IMG/VR virus record: IMGVR_UViG_3300047386_000382 | Origin: an uncultured virus (IMG/VR IMGVR_UViG_3300047386_000382) | Taxonomy: Duplodnaviria; Heunggongvirae; Uroviricota; Caudoviricetes | DNA length: 64,000 nucleotides | Reading direction: 5' to 3' (one strand) | Made by a program: the position numbers and the translations under genes | Shown: piece after piece, positions 1-9,649 of the stretch | Layout of the letters: each line of letters starts with the position of its first letter | Position numbering within the stretch: position 1 is the first letter of the stretch | Notes under the pieces: model-generated | What the model saw: only the letters and a program-made list of their open reading frames with translations | What the model was told of the DNA's origin: nothing | Database searches by the model: none

Positions 1-364
1 ATAAATATGACACTTTTATATGGTTAGCGATATTCTACACTGTGTTAATACTAGTGTGGTTTTTACACTAATCACAAACAAATAAAATTATTAATTATGA
101 GTGAAATAACTAAACGACCCTATAACGGGTGGAATAATTACGCGACCTTTCGTGTTCACCACGATATACTAAACGGATATCAGTGGGACGAAGACGAGGA
201 TATATACGTAGACTTACTAAAAGCAATAGTAGAGAATGCGGTATTTGAAAACAGCGGAGCAGTTGGTTTGATTGTAGACTATGCCAACCTGTTCTTAAAC
301 AATGTAGATTGGGACGAACTAGTAGAAACATACAACTATGACAGAAAAGCAGAGCAATCAAGCT
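1..364 (+). repeat. Terminal direct repeat or assembly overlap, copy 1
   Basis: Matches 63637-64000 with 13 substitutions by manual alignment; first 96 nt identical. Confidence 0.95.
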
Positions 365-366
365 AA
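97..366 (+). CDS. Early hypothetical protein (YNGWNNYAT motif)
   Basis: ORF with AT-rich leader; substitutions versus the second copy are mostly synonymous. Confidence 0.85.
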   Translation: MSEITKRPYNGWNNYATFRVHHDILNGYQWDEDEDIYVDLLKAIVENAVFENSGAVGLIVDYANLFLNNVDWDELVETYNYDRKAEQSS

Positions 367-598
367 ACGTTTAGCGGAACTTAAAGATAAGTACGGCATT
401 GTCTTACATGGCAACTCCGATGCTATACATCTTCTCGACCGTATCGAAACAGTGATACGCGACCAAATACTTGAAACGATCACCGAAGAAATGTTCGAAG
501 ACGGTATAGTTGAAGAGACCGACGATAAGTATAGTTTACTATTATCTGTACTATACTACGAGTTAATTTACAAACTAAACACGGATGCTAAACGATAA
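338..598 (+). CDS. Early hypothetical protein
   Basis: Overlapping ORF in the early operon. Confidence 0.75.
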   Translation: MTEKQSNQAKRLAELKDKYGIVLHGNSDAIHLLDRIETVIRDQILETITEEMFEDGIVEETDDKYSLLLSVLYYELIYKLNTDAKR

Positions 599-602
599 TA
601 TA
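569..602 (+). promoter_or_regulatory. Early promoter-like motif, copy 8 (TACA-N6-ACACG-N9-CGATAATATA)
   Basis: Exact spacing match to 8 other copies. Confidence 0.8.
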
Positions 603-605
603 AGT

Positions 606-824
606 ATGAAAGAAAAAGCAACACTATACAACAGGCTCCAAACCAACTACTTAGGTAAGTTAGTTGAGCAGCGTGAAAAGTTACCAAATATGGTAGCCGC
701 AGCTGAAAGAGCAATGAATGAGAACGTGTGGGTGATTAGCCTTACCGTTGGCGAGATGTGCACAATATGTGACGTACTCGAAATAGACTGGAACAATATA
801 TTTTTAATTTTTGAATATGAGTAA
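606..824 (+). CDS. Early hypothetical protein (start 606 preferred over 585, which lies inside the promoter motif)
   Basis: ORF track 585..824; in-frame ATG 3 nt after the motif. Confidence 0.7.
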   Translation: MKEKATLYNRLQTNYLGKLVEQREKLPNMVAAAERAMNENVWVISLTVGEMCTICDVLEIDWNNIFLIFEYE

Positions 825-1272
825 AAAGAAGTACATTACAGACGAGTTAATTGAAGAGCGATTAAAAGACCAAGACCTGTCCTTAGATGGTTATGGGGCA
901 AAAGACGAAGATGCAGACTATAAAAAGTTATGTGAGCATTATGAATTTGAACTTACCGATCAGTGGCACAATACAACAGACTATTTTTTGTATACTGAAA
1001 CAACCGCAGACGGTTATGAATTATGGGTTGCAACTGATAATGATAAAGGTGATGTTAATATAAACGAAGACGTTCACTATTATGACAATGACCTTTCAGA
1101 AGTTCTTACAGAGTGGATTAGATACGGTGGTTGTAAAATATATGTTGACGATATGGAAACGTATTATGTAACCGAAGCACTAGAAACTATGTGGGAAAAC
1201 ATGGTTGACAGAATTAAAGACGAAATAATTATTGAATTACAAGATGAAGGGTATGAGTACGAAGACGAGTAA
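811..1272 (+). CDS. Very acidic early hypothetical protein
   Basis: ORF; D/E-rich. Confidence 0.8.
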   Translation: MNMSKKKYITDELIEERLKDQDLSLDGYGAKDEDADYKKLCEHYEFELTDQWHNTTDYFLYTETTADGYELWVATDNDKGDVNINEDVHYYDNDLSEVLTEWIRYGGCKIYVDDMETYYVTEALETMWENMVDRIKDEIIIELQDEGYEYEDE

Positions 1273-1290
1273 GCCTTTACCTAATTAGTT

Positions 1291-1446
1291 ATGAAATATC
1301 CAGATGCAAATAAACACTTTTGGGCTAGTATGACAAAGAGTGTTATAAGAGTAGGAGGCTATTGTCTCATTTTTATTGACATTGAAGTAGCAGCAGGTGT
1401 ACTGATTGCTAGTGAAGTAATAGGAGTATTAGAAGAATTAGTATGA
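1291..1446 (+). CDS. Small membrane protein (51 aa, MKYPDANKHF...GVLEELV)
   Basis: Translated by hand; fills the gap and couples by ATGA to the next gene. Confidence 0.7.
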   Translation: MKYPDANKHFWASMTKSVIRVGGYCLIFIDIEVAAGVLIASEVIGVLEELV

Positions 1447-2048
1447 ATTTATTAACACAGAACGGGAAGCTCAAGAAGACAAGCAAACAATTGGGAGTAC
1501 GTGTATTCAATTTCGGAATACCGGCTTACAAGTCTGCGTCCGGCAAACTTACTTGCCCTATGGCTGATTCCTGCGTAAAGTTTTGTTACGCTAAGAAGGG
1601 AGCATACATATGGAGCAACGTACAGCCGGCGTTTGAAAAGCGCTACCAACTCACCAAAACGGATGAGTTCGTAGAGGCAATGAACGTAGAGATTAAACGC
1701 AAGCGACCAGACTATGTACGGGTCCATGATAGCGGAGACTACTACAGTCCCAAATATCTAAAGAAGTGGATCGAGATTGCTATACACAACCCGTCTGTTA
1801 ATTTTTATAGCTATACTAATATGGTAGATATGTTTCACAAAACTGATCTGCCACCTAACTTCGATATCATATTCAGTGATGCCGGTAAACAGGTGCATAT
1901 GATTGATTATGAGCAAGATAGATATACAAAGATATTCAAATCCGATCAAGAGTTAGATCGTGCCGGGTTTGTAAACGCAAGCAAGATAGATTTGTTTGCG
2001 ACGAAATGGTTCAGTAAAAACAAAAAAATCGGACTAGTATATCACTAA
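1443..2048 (+). CDS. Gp88-family (radical-SAM-like) protein
   Basis: TCP...C...CYA cysteine cluster and VRVHDSGDYY motif. Confidence 0.8.
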   Translation: MNLLTQNGKLKKTSKQLGVRVFNFGIPAYKSASGKLTCPMADSCVKFCYAKKGAYIWSNVQPAFEKRYQLTKTDEFVEAMNVEIKRKRPDYVRVHDSGDYYSPKYLKKWIEIAIHNPSVNFYSYTNMVDMFHKTDLPPNFDIIFSDAGKQVHMIDYEQDRYTKIFKSDQELDRAGFVNASKIDLFATKWFSKNKKIGLVYH

Positions 2049-2317
2049 TGAGTAAAACAATATCACAAAAGTATATAAGAGATTATATTACAGAACATTA
2101 CGGTGAGCTACGGCATGATGTAAAACGTATGGCTAAAGCTTGTAGAATTGTAGCTAAGTATTATGGTTACACACCTAAACAAATCTTTCATTTCATGATT
2201 GAGCAAGAGCCTTTAACAGGTACACATAGCTACGGTTTTAACACCAGATATGGCCGTGAAATACGCGAAGAGTTTGAAGTGCAATATCATGAGATGTATA
2301 AAGAAATTACAAACTAA
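2048..2317 (+). CDS. Hypothetical protein
   Basis: Coupled ORF ending inside a promoter motif. Confidence 0.75.
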   Translation: MSKTISQKYIRDYITEHYGELRHDVKRMAKACRIVAKYYGYTPKQIFHFMIEQEPLTGTHSYGFNTRYGREIREEFEVQYHEMYKEITN

Positions 2318-2341
2318 ACACGAATGGACACAGATAATATA
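2308..2341 (+). promoter_or_regulatory. Early promoter-like motif, copy 9
   Basis: TACA-aactaa-ACACG-N9-AGATAATATA. Confidence 0.75.
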
Positions 2342-2545
2342 AAAGATGAAGCACATACAATGATATGGGCACGATTGTCTACCGCTGAGCTAGATTTGCA
2401 ACGAGCAAAAGACTGGGACGGCAGAGGCCATTTAGATACAGACGAAAGCTTTGAGGAAACAAAAGAAGCACATATCGAAATGGCACGCAGACGTGTAAAC
2501 ATTTATCATTATTTACTAACACTAATAGAACAAGATGACGAATGA
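2324..2545 (+). CDS. Hypothetical protein (start uncertain, possibly 2360)
   Basis: ORF track; the first ATG lies within the promoter motif. Confidence 0.65.
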   Translation: MDTDNIKDEAHTMIWARLSTAELDLQRAKDWDGRGHLDTDESFEETKEAHIEMARRRVNIYHYLLTLIEQDDE

Positions 2546-2810
2546 AGAAATGGAACGTTTAGCTGATCTTATAGTTAAAAAAATAATAGAGCAGCAGAAC
2601 GAAATTGATAAAGCCTTCTTTGAAGGTATGAACGAAGCTATTGACAAAGGACATGAATTCACAGTTGAGAGTCAAGAAGATATATTGTTAGGTGAACTTG
2701 CAAGATTGCAGACTATGCTAGCAAAGTACGAGCACGAAGAACACTATGAAAAAGCAGGAATAATAGCAAATAAAATTAAATGGTTAGAAAATAAAATAAG
2801 TAAATTATGA
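2535..2810 (+). CDS. Hypothetical protein with C-terminal UVR (UvrB/C)-like helix pair
   Basis: EEHYEKAGIIANKI resembles the EdFExAAxLRDxI motif. Confidence 0.6.
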   Translation: MTNEEMERLADLIVKKIIEQQNEIDKAFFEGMNEAIDKGHEFTVESQEDILLGELARLQTMLAKYEHEEHYEKAGIIANKIKWLENKISKL

Positions 2811-3031
2811 GCAAAGTAACAATTGAAACAATAAGCGTAGATTCTAGTTTGGTGTCATTTATGACTTACCATAAAATATCAAAGATGTTATATGTAACAT
2901 TTAAGAATGGTACATTATATTTGTATAACGATGTAGACCGCGCTACGTTTGAAGACGTACGTGATTCAGAGTCTATAGGTAAAGCATTGCATAGTAAAAT
3001 CTTTGGAGTGTTTAAATACGAAAAGGTATAA
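2807..3031 (+). CDS. KTSC domain protein
   Basis: VDSS..Y...L.V.FKNG..Y.Y..V...S.G pattern. Confidence 0.85.
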   Translation: MSKVTIETISVDSSLVSFMTYHKISKMLYVTFKNGTLYLYNDVDRATFEDVRDSESIGKALHSKIFGVFKYEKV

Positions 3032-3534
3032 TGAATTTATTTTATCTTGATAGAGACCCTGTTGTTGCCGCATCTTATCATTACGATAAGCATAAGGTCA
3101 AGATGGTCTTAGAAGCAGCACAGATGCTTTGTACAGCTCATCACGCTTTAGGCAAACAGTATGAGTATGACACAAGTTATGTGCCTTATCGTAAAGCGCA
3201 TTTGAATCACCCATCAACTATATGGGTACGATCAAGCGCTGAACAATACGTGTGGGCATATAACTATATGATGGCTTTAGGTAAAGAGTATACTAAACGT
3301 TACAACAAAACGCATTTGACTATTGACAAGTGCCGTGACGTGCTATACACTTTGCCAAAGTATATTCCAATGAAACCATTCGAGGAACCACCTCAGTGTA
3401 TGCCTGACGAGTACAAAGTACCCGGTGATAGCATCATGGCTTATTGGAATTATTATGAACAGGACAAATATAAAATAGCAAATAAAGATGAGCAAGTCAT
3501 TGTACGACCACTTTATGTCAACGAATGTGTTTAA
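3031..3534 (+). CDS. Pyrimidine-dimer DNA glycosylase (DenV-like) family protein
   Basis: MNLFYLD...DKHKVKMVLEAAQML, HLNHPSTIW and PPQCMPDEYK motifs. Confidence 0.75.
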   Translation: MNLFYLDRDPVVAASYHYDKHKVKMVLEAAQMLCTAHHALGKQYEYDTSYVPYRKAHLNHPSTIWVRSSAEQYVWAYNYMMALGKEYTKRYNKTHLTIDKCRDVLYTLPKYIPMKPFEEPPQCMPDEYKVPGDSIMAYWNYYEQDKYKIANKDEQVIVRPLYVNECV

Positions 3535-3569
3535 CATTGCAACTAAAGTGAAACAACAACAAAAAAAGA

Positions 3570-3698
3570 ATGGGCAAAGTAAAAGAGCTGTTCCAGCAAA
3601 TGAGAGAACAAGAACTAAATGATCAGTTCATAAATGAACATTTTTTCTTTTGCACTCTTCGCGACGAAGACAGCGACGATAGCAAGATAAATAAATAG
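3570..3698 (+). CDS. Small hypothetical protein (42 aa, MGKVKELF...)
   Basis: Translated by hand; fills the gap. Confidence 0.55.
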   Translation: MGKVKELFQQMREQELNDQFINEHFFFCTLRDEDSDDSKINK

Positions 3699-3717
3699 AA
3701 TAAGAGGCTAATGTCAC
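3673..3717. promoter_or_regulatory. Gapped inverted repeat GCGACGATAGC-N23-GCTAATGTCAC overlapping the ATG at 3711
   Basis: Similar elements at 59969-60014 and 61699-61743. Confidence 0.65.
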
Positions 3718-4325
3718 GTAACATGAGGTACTTACATAGTAACAAAATTATATATAGGAGAGGTCCAATTAGTGACCAGCCTAGCGAAACCTTTGAGTGG
3801 GGAGCGTTCTATGAATCAGGTACACACGAGTGTTACGAACTGTTTAGGAGTAAGGCTAAGATAACAAGTTACAAGTCACTGAAGTGGCATTTGCTTGTAC
3901 TCTGGTACCTTAACCCACAACTCGACCAAGACAAGTTTGAACAGCTTGCATACTACATAGCAGAGAAAGATAATGGTTTCATAACCTTTTCAATACCTGA
4001 GATGCTACTCAAAAAAATTATTTATGATGTTAGCATGGAAGATCTTGAATATCCACCAAAGAATAGGATTAGAAAAGTTATATTTAAAGACACTACTAAT
4101 CTTACTAAATCTCAAAAGCTATCGATAGTAGGCAAGCTGATTGGTCGTAACAGTAAAGCGCAACCAGAGGATATATACGAAACAATGTTACTTATCCATG
4201 ATAAGAACAAAAAGATTACAATAACAGAGATTGCGCGGATATTAAATGTGTCTACCCGTACTATCTATAGAAACATGACACACGAACTCACAAAAGAAAA
4301 AGAACTTTTGAATGAAGAAATATAA
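3711..4325 (+). CDS. DNA-binding protein with C-terminal HTH (possible replication initiator or regulator)
   Basis: ITITEIARILNVSTRTIYRN helix-turn-helix. Confidence 0.8.
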   Translation: MSRNMRYLHSNKIIYRRGPISDQPSETFEWGAFYESGTHECYELFRSKAKITSYKSLKWHLLVLWYLNPQLDQDKFEQLAYYIAEKDNGFITFSIPEMLLKKIIYDVSMEDLEYPPKNRIRKVIFKDTTNLTKSQKLSIVGKLIGRNSKAQPEDIYETMLLIHDKNKKITITEIARILNVSTRTIYRNMTHELTKEKELLNEEI

Positions 4326-5073
4326 TGTACAGAACTATATTCGGTATAAGAATGATTTGGAGGCAACGCTAAAACTAATACCTAAAAAAGAATTCCACGA
4401 ATATACAAGAACAGAACTTGCAACAACATTTTTACCACTTGTAGAGAACATAGCGAGAAAGTTTTCAACTACACAACAAGCATCAGGTGTAATGACTATC
4501 AATGATCTTATACAAGAAGGAGCTATAGGTTTGCAAGCGGCAGTTGATAGAATTGAATGGCAAACAATACACGATTCAGAAGATAAAGAAAAAACACTTA
4601 AGTCTTTCTTTGCAAAACGGATTCGTGGTGCTATACGCAGAGCTATTGATATAAACAGAGGCGACATGCGTATACCTGAATACAAGCTGAATGATATACG
4701 TAAGAACTTTGGTAAAGATCGTAAAATAGTGCAGACATTTTTTAATCAGGTGTTTATGTCTATTGACGAAAACTTTAATGACGAAGGTGATAACCCTTTG
4801 TTTCAAGTGCCAGATAAATCAGAGCCGTACAATATTGCATTACTAAATGCTTACTTGTTAGGTATAATGAAAGAACACTTAACAGATAAGGAATATGAAG
4901 TGCTACGTATGAGCTATGGTTTGGACTGTGATAAATATCCAGCTAAGAACATTGCTAAAGAGTTAGGCATAGATGGCATAAGTAATTATGTGCGTATATC
5001 TGAGCTTAAAAAGTCAGCAATTGAAAAGCTTATAGACAATGTTTCACCTGAACAAGTTATTGATTATCTTTAA
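4312..5073 (+). CDS. Phage sigma70-family RNA polymerase sigma factor
   Basis: Region 2 (LVENIARKF, DLIQEGAIGL..AVDR, RIRGAI) and region 4 (LTDKEYEVLRMSYGL...IAKELGI). Confidence 0.9.
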   Translation: MKKYNVQNYIRYKNDLEATLKLIPKKEFHEYTRTELATTFLPLVENIARKFSTTQQASGVMTINDLIQEGAIGLQAAVDRIEWQTIHDSEDKEKTLKSFFAKRIRGAIRRAIDINRGDMRIPEYKLNDIRKNFGKDRKIVQTFFNQVFMSIDENFNDEGDNPLFQVPDKSEPYNIALLNAYLLGIMKEHLTDKEYEVLRMSYGLDCDKYPAKNIAKELGIDGISNYVRISELKKSAIEKLIDNVSPEQVIDYL

Positions 5074-5115
5074 GTTAAGACGTAAAACAAATTGTAAACA
5101 CGTAATTATATATAT

Positions 5116-5667
5116 ATGACTATCCACGAAAAATTAAGTAAAATTCAAAAAGAATTTAAAGCGAAGAAGTCACGCTTTAATTCATTCGGCAAGTATAACT
5201 TCAGATCAGCCGAAGACATTCTCGAAGCATTAAAACCATACAATGAAAAGTATAATGTATACTTTAAAGTTGATGAGAACTATCTGGGTGATGGTGTTAT
5301 TGAAACTAAAGCTTCTGCTATTGATGTAGAGGGAGCTATGGAAATAACAGCGTCAGCTATAGTTGGAGTAGACTTCAATCAAAAAGGTATGCAAGTACCT
5401 CAGCAGTTTGGTTCTGCTTCGAGTTATGGTAAGAAGTACGCATTAGGAAACTTACTATTAATTGACGACACTGCAGATGCAGATGCTACTAATACTCACG
5501 GTAAAGAGGCTAAAGCAAAAGCAACCCTCGATATAAACACCGATGCTTTTACAAAAGCAAAACAGTATATTGAATCCGGTGGTACATTAAAAGCCATCAA
5601 CCAAAAGTACAAGCTAACTCAAAAAGCATTAGCTGAATTGAAGAAGCTTGAGACAGTAGAGGTATGA
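5116..5667 (+). CDS. ERF-family single-strand annealing protein
   Basis: FGKYNFRSAEDILEA and GSASSYGKKYALGNLLLIDDTADAD motifs. Confidence 0.9.
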   Translation: MTIHEKLSKIQKEFKAKKSRFNSFGKYNFRSAEDILEALKPYNEKYNVYFKVDENYLGDGVIETKASAIDVEGAMEITASAIVGVDFNQKGMQVPQQFGSASSYGKKYALGNLLLIDDTADADATNTHGKEAKAKATLDINTDAFTKAKQYIESGGTLKAINQKYKLTQKALAELKKLETVEV

Positions 5668-6395
5668 CAAAGACAGAAATTATCGAGAAGCTTAGAGACG
5701 ATGAACTATACTATGGTAAGTTCGGCAAACAGTATCTAAGTAACTCTGATATAGGTACCTTACTGGATGATCCTTTGAAGTATGGCACTCCATTGAAAGC
5801 ATCACCTAATTTAGTTATAGGTAGTTACTTTCATACAGCTATACTAGAGCCGGGAAAGTTAGAGCGTTTTAAAATTATAGATGCTTCAACCCGAGCGGTT
5901 AAAAAGTATAAAGAATTATCAGGCGGCGAAATGTGTATGCTTCAACATGAAGTAGACAATATTAATTTCATGCGCGATAAACTTATGGAGAATGATGTAT
6001 GCAGAGGATTAATCCAAGGAGAGAATGTTGAATACGAAGTGCCTGCAATCGGCGAGCTAGCAAACAATATGTGGAAAGGCAAAGCCGATATAATCAATCA
6101 CGATGAGAAGTTAGTGGTTGACTTGAAGACTACAAGTTCAATTAAATCGTTTAGGCAGAGTGCAAGACGTTTTAATTACGATAGCCAAGCTTATATATAC
6201 AGTAAGCTATTTGGTTATGAGATGGTCTTTATAGTTATTGACAAAGCTTCACACGTGATTGGTGTCTACGATTGTTCGCCAGACTTTTATGAAAGAGGTG
6301 AACACAAAGTAGAAGAAGCAAGCCATGTATACGACCTTTTCTTTAACACAGAAGGCTTTGACCCTTCAAATTATTTAATTAATGAAACCCTTTAA
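5664..6395 (+). CDS. PD-(D/E)XK exonuclease (RecE/ExoVIII-like)
   Basis: LSNSDI, GSYFHTAILEP, KGKADI...VDLKTT, YDSQAYIY. Confidence 0.85.
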   Translation: MTKTEIIEKLRDDELYYGKFGKQYLSNSDIGTLLDDPLKYGTPLKASPNLVIGSYFHTAILEPGKLERFKIIDASTRAVKKYKELSGGEMCMLQHEVDNINFMRDKLMENDVCRGLIQGENVEYEVPAIGELANNMWKGKADIINHDEKLVVDLKTTSSIKSFRQSARRFNYDSQAYIYSKLFGYEMVFIVIDKASHVIGVYDCSPDFYERGEHKVEEASHVYDLFFNTEGFDPSNYLINETL

Positions 6396-6406
6396 ACCTT
6401 AATATT

Positions 6407-6574
6407 ATGCCACGTAGAAAAATGAAAGTATGTACAGTTACAGGAATTGAAACAACAGAGAATAACTTCTATGCTAATCAAAACCATGTAAAGGCAGTCG
6501 ACAATTTACGTCGTAGCACTAACGCAACTAAAGATCAGTTGCAAAGAATGTTTAACACTGTAAATAGTTATTAA
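6407..6574 (+). CDS. Small hypothetical protein (55 aa, MPRRKMKVCTVTG...)
   Basis: Translated by hand; TAATG coupling to SSB. Confidence 0.7.
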   Translation: MPRRKMKVCTVTGIETTENNFYANQNHVKAVDNLRRSTNATKDQLQRMFNTVNSY

Positions 6575-6891
6575 TGGCTAGTATAATTAAAACAAGTATT
6601 GACCTTACTAAAATACCGAAGGATAAAATTATCGACGGTAAGAAAGGTAAGTATTTACCAATTACTATTACATTAAACGATGAGCTCGATCAGTTTGGAA
6701 ATCAAGGTCCAGTGATTGTTTCACAATCTAAAGAGGAGCGAGAAGGAAAAGTTGATAAAGTTTATTTAGGTAATGTTCAAGTAGTATGGTCAAACGGGGA
6801 GAATGTGCCGGCTGCGCCTCGCGATGGTTCGCCTGCACCTGCGCAACAAGCTGCAACACCAGTGGCGGCTGATGATGATTTGCCATTTTAA
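6574..6891 (+). CDS. Single-stranded DNA-binding protein
   Basis: Acidic C-terminus DDDLPF after a Pro/Ala linker; replication context. Confidence 0.75.
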   Translation: MASIIKTSIDLTKIPKDKIIDGKKGKYLPITITLNDELDQFGNQGPVIVSQSKEEREGKVDKVYLGNVQVVWSNGENVPAAPRDGSPAPAQQAATPVAADDDLPF

Positions 6892-6901
6892 AAACAATTA
6901 G

Positions 6902-8626
6902 ATGCAAGTAAACAATTCGGAGATCAATGGATTTTTGATTGACCAGTTTAATCAATATGACCTAGATGTGGGTAAGACGCAGGGGACTTGTCCTCTGTGT
7001 TCTCACACAAGGAAGCCTGAGAATAAGAAACAAAAGTGTGCTTCTTACGATTGGGAACGGGGTCTCGGAACTTGCCATAATTGTGATCGCACATTTCAAA
7101 TGCACACGTATCAGCGTAAAGGGGCGAGCGAAAAAGTATATGTTCGCCCTGAAACGCCTGATGCTATACACGATGTTTCAACCAACGTTGAAACGTGGTT
7201 TGAATCGCGAGGCATATCAAAGCATACACTTAAAGCTCTCAAAGTAACCGAGGGTCAAGAGTTTATGCCACAAACCGGTAAGACCGAGAATACCATACAG
7301 TTTAATTACTATATGGGCGATCAACTTATAAATGTAAAGTACAGAGATGGTCGTAAGAACTTTAAGTTATATAAGGGTGCCGAAAAGGTTTTCTATAATA
7401 TAAACAGTATCGTAGGATATGAGTATTGTATTATTGTAGAAGGTGAGATGGATGCCCTTTCTTTATATGAAGCAGGTATTGAAAACGTAATATCAGTTCC
7501 TAATGGTGCAACACTAAATAATAACAACCTTGATTACTTAGATAACTGTATTGATTACTTTACAGATAAAGAAAAGGTTATTATAGCTGTTGACTCAGAT
7601 GATGCCGGGCAAGCACTGCAGACAGAGCTCGTTCGACGGCTAGGAGCTGAAGTATGTTATCTTGTTGATTTCAATGGCTGCAAAGACGCAAATGAATATT
7701 TATTAGAATATGGAAAAGAAGAGCTGGCAAAGCGTATTGCCAAAGCAAGACCAGTACCCCTTGAAAACGTCACAACTTTCAAAGACATTGAGAGCGAAGT
7801 TACTGACTTCGTTACAAATGGCTTCAAGCCCGGTTATCAAATCGGGTTGGAAAATTTTGATGACATCTTTTCAACTTATACTGGTCAATTTATTACTGTC
7901 ACTGGCATTCCTTCTTCCGGCAAGAGTGATTTCGTCGATCAAATGGTCGTTGGATATAACGCGAACTATGGTTGGAAGACAGCGTTTGCTAGTCCAGAAA
8001 ATGCGCCAACTTATTTACATGCCCATAAACTAATGCGTAAGACGTGGCAAGATATGCCGCGTAAAGCAGATATTGGGACAGACAGATGGAACCAGGTTGC
8101 CGAGCATGTGAATGACAACTATTTCTTTATTGATATGGAAAGATACACACTTGAAGCTGTACTTCGTAAAGGTGCAGAGCTTGTTAAGCGCAAAGGTATT
8201 AAGTGTTTAGTTATTGACCCATTTAATAAAGTTAGAGATGTTGATTGTAAAACAGAAGACGTAAATAGATATACAATGGAGTACCTTACAAAGATTGAAA
8301 TCTTTGCTAAAAAGTATGATGTATTAGTCTTTATTGTTGCACACCCAACAAAGATGTATAAAGGATCAGACGGACAAATCGAAGAGCCTACGATGTACAA
8401 CATCAAAGGTGGCGGCGAATGGTATGATGCTTCCTATCACGGTATATTAGTTCATAGAAATTATGAAGCTAAAACTGTTAAAGCTAAGGTGTTGAAAGTA
8501 AAGTTTCAAAACTTAGGTGAAAATGGTGCTGAAGCACATTTTAAATGGGAGCCAAAGTCCGGTTGTTTTATACCTCACAAAGATATGGTTGTTAATGATG
8601 ACCCGTTGCCATGGGAAGCGGGCTGA
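6902..8626 (+). CDS. Primase-helicase (T7 gp4/Twinkle-like)
   Basis: Zn finger CPLC...CHNC, TOPRIM (VEGEMDAL, DSDDAG, KDANE), Walker A GIPSSGKS, VAHP. Confidence 0.95.
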   Translation: MQVNNSEINGFLIDQFNQYDLDVGKTQGTCPLCSHTRKPENKKQKCASYDWERGLGTCHNCDRTFQMHTYQRKGASEKVYVRPETPDAIHDVSTNVETWFESRGISKHTLKALKVTEGQEFMPQTGKTENTIQFNYYMGDQLINVKYRDGRKNFKLYKGAEKVFYNINSIVGYEYCIIVEGEMDALSLYEAGIENVISVPNGATLNNNNLDYLDNCIDYFTDKEKVIIAVDSDDAGQALQTELVRRLGAEVCYLVDFNGCKDANEYLLEYGKEELAKRIAKARPVPLENVTTFKDIESEVTDFVTNGFKPGYQIGLENFDDIFSTYTGQFITVTGIPSSGKSDFVDQMVVGYNANYGWKTAFASPENAPTYLHAHKLMRKTWQDMPRKADIGTDRWNQVAEHVNDNYFFIDMERYTLEAVLRKGAELVKRKGIKCLVIDPFNKVRDVDCKTEDVNRYTMEYLTKIEIFAKKYDVLVFIVAHPTKMYKGSDGQIEEPTMYNIKGGGEWYDASYHGILVHRNYEAKTVKAKVLKVKFQNLGENGAEAHFKWEPKSGCFIPHKDMVVNDDPLPWEAG

Positions 8627-8898
8627 GAAAAAAGAAACAATGGTGGACTCCAATGCCATCATACACTAGATCGTCTGAAGAAGAAGCTGCTTATCAATGG
8701 TGCATAAAAAATAATATAAAGATAGCACCCTTTGCAGCATCAAGCGATAAAGGTAATGATCAATGGTGGGTTGATATTGAAACAAACAACCTAAAGAAAA
8801 GAAGTCCTTATAAGTATAATAAAGACCAAATATGGTCTAAAATATTTGAATTATATGTTTTCTACTATAACAAATACGGATTACGAAATACAGTATAG
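8611..8898 (+). CDS. Hypothetical protein
   Basis: Overlapping ORF in operon. Confidence 0.65.
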   Translation: MGSGLRKKKQWWTPMPSYTRSSEEEAAYQWCIKNNIKIAPFAASSDKGNDQWWVDIETNNLKKRSPYKYNKDQIWSKIFELYVFYYNKYGLRNTV

Positions 8899-9646
8899 AG
8901 ATATTATACAAAGCTGTTTAAGCAATGAAGCTGTATATAGAGAAGACCGAACAGGTGTTGGTTGCTACTCAGTATTTAATAAACAAATAGATATTGAAGT
9001 TGGTAATAAGTTTCCTGTAATTACCGGTCGTAAAATGTTTCCTAAAGTATTCAATACTGAAATGCTTTGGTTTTTAAATGGTGAAACAAATATACAAAGA
9101 TTCAAAGATGCAGGCGTAAAGATATGGGATGCTTGGGCTGACGAAGACGGCGAATTAGGGCCTGTTTATGGTCATCAGCTTAGAAACTTCAGCGGTCGAG
9201 GTTATGATCAGCTAGAGAGCACCATAGATAGCTTAAAGAACGACCCAGACAGTCGGCGTCACGTAATATCGCTGTGGAATCCAGTGCAACTAGAGTATAT
9301 GGCATTACCACCTTGCTATTTGTATTTTCAGTTCTTTGTTGAAAACGGCAAACTTAATATGTTTGTTGTACAGAGATCGGGAGATATGTATTTAGGTGTG
9401 CCATATGACATTGCACTATTTACATTAATTATGAATTATATAGGTGAAAAAACAGGATTGTTACCAAATAGATTATCAGTTAATATAGTTGATGCTCACG
9501 TATACAAAAACCAATTAGAGGCAGTGAATAAATATTTAGACACAAATATTTTATCAAGACCTTCATATAGATTTTGTACAGAGCGGGGCGCACGACTAAT
9601 TGATTATCAGTCTGGTCCACATATTCCAGCACCTGTAGCAATATAA
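8846..9646 (+). CDS. thyA: Thymidylate synthase-family protein with Asp at the Asn177-equivalent position (possible dCMP methylase or hydroxymethylase)
   Basis: DRTGVG, IWDAW, GPVYG, DSRR, ALPPC, QRSGD...GVPYDI, DAHVY. Confidence 0.9.
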   Translation: MNYMFSTITNTDYEIQYRDIIQSCLSNEAVYREDRTGVGCYSVFNKQIDIEVGNKFPVITGRKMFPKVFNTEMLWFLNGETNIQRFKDAGVKIWDAWADEDGELGPVYGHQLRNFSGRGYDQLESTIDSLKNDPDSRRHVISLWNPVQLEYMALPPCYLYFQFFVENGKLNMFVVQRSGDMYLGVPYDIALFTLIMNYIGEKTGLLPNRLSVNIVDAHVYKNQLEAVNKYLDTNILSRPSYRFCTERGARLIDYQSGPHIPAPVAI

Positions 9647-9649
9647 ACT

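Noticed and set aside
1..364. DGR template/variable repeat pair with 63637-64000
   Set aside because: The differences are not adenine-specific and are mostly synonymous, and no reverse transcriptase is present.
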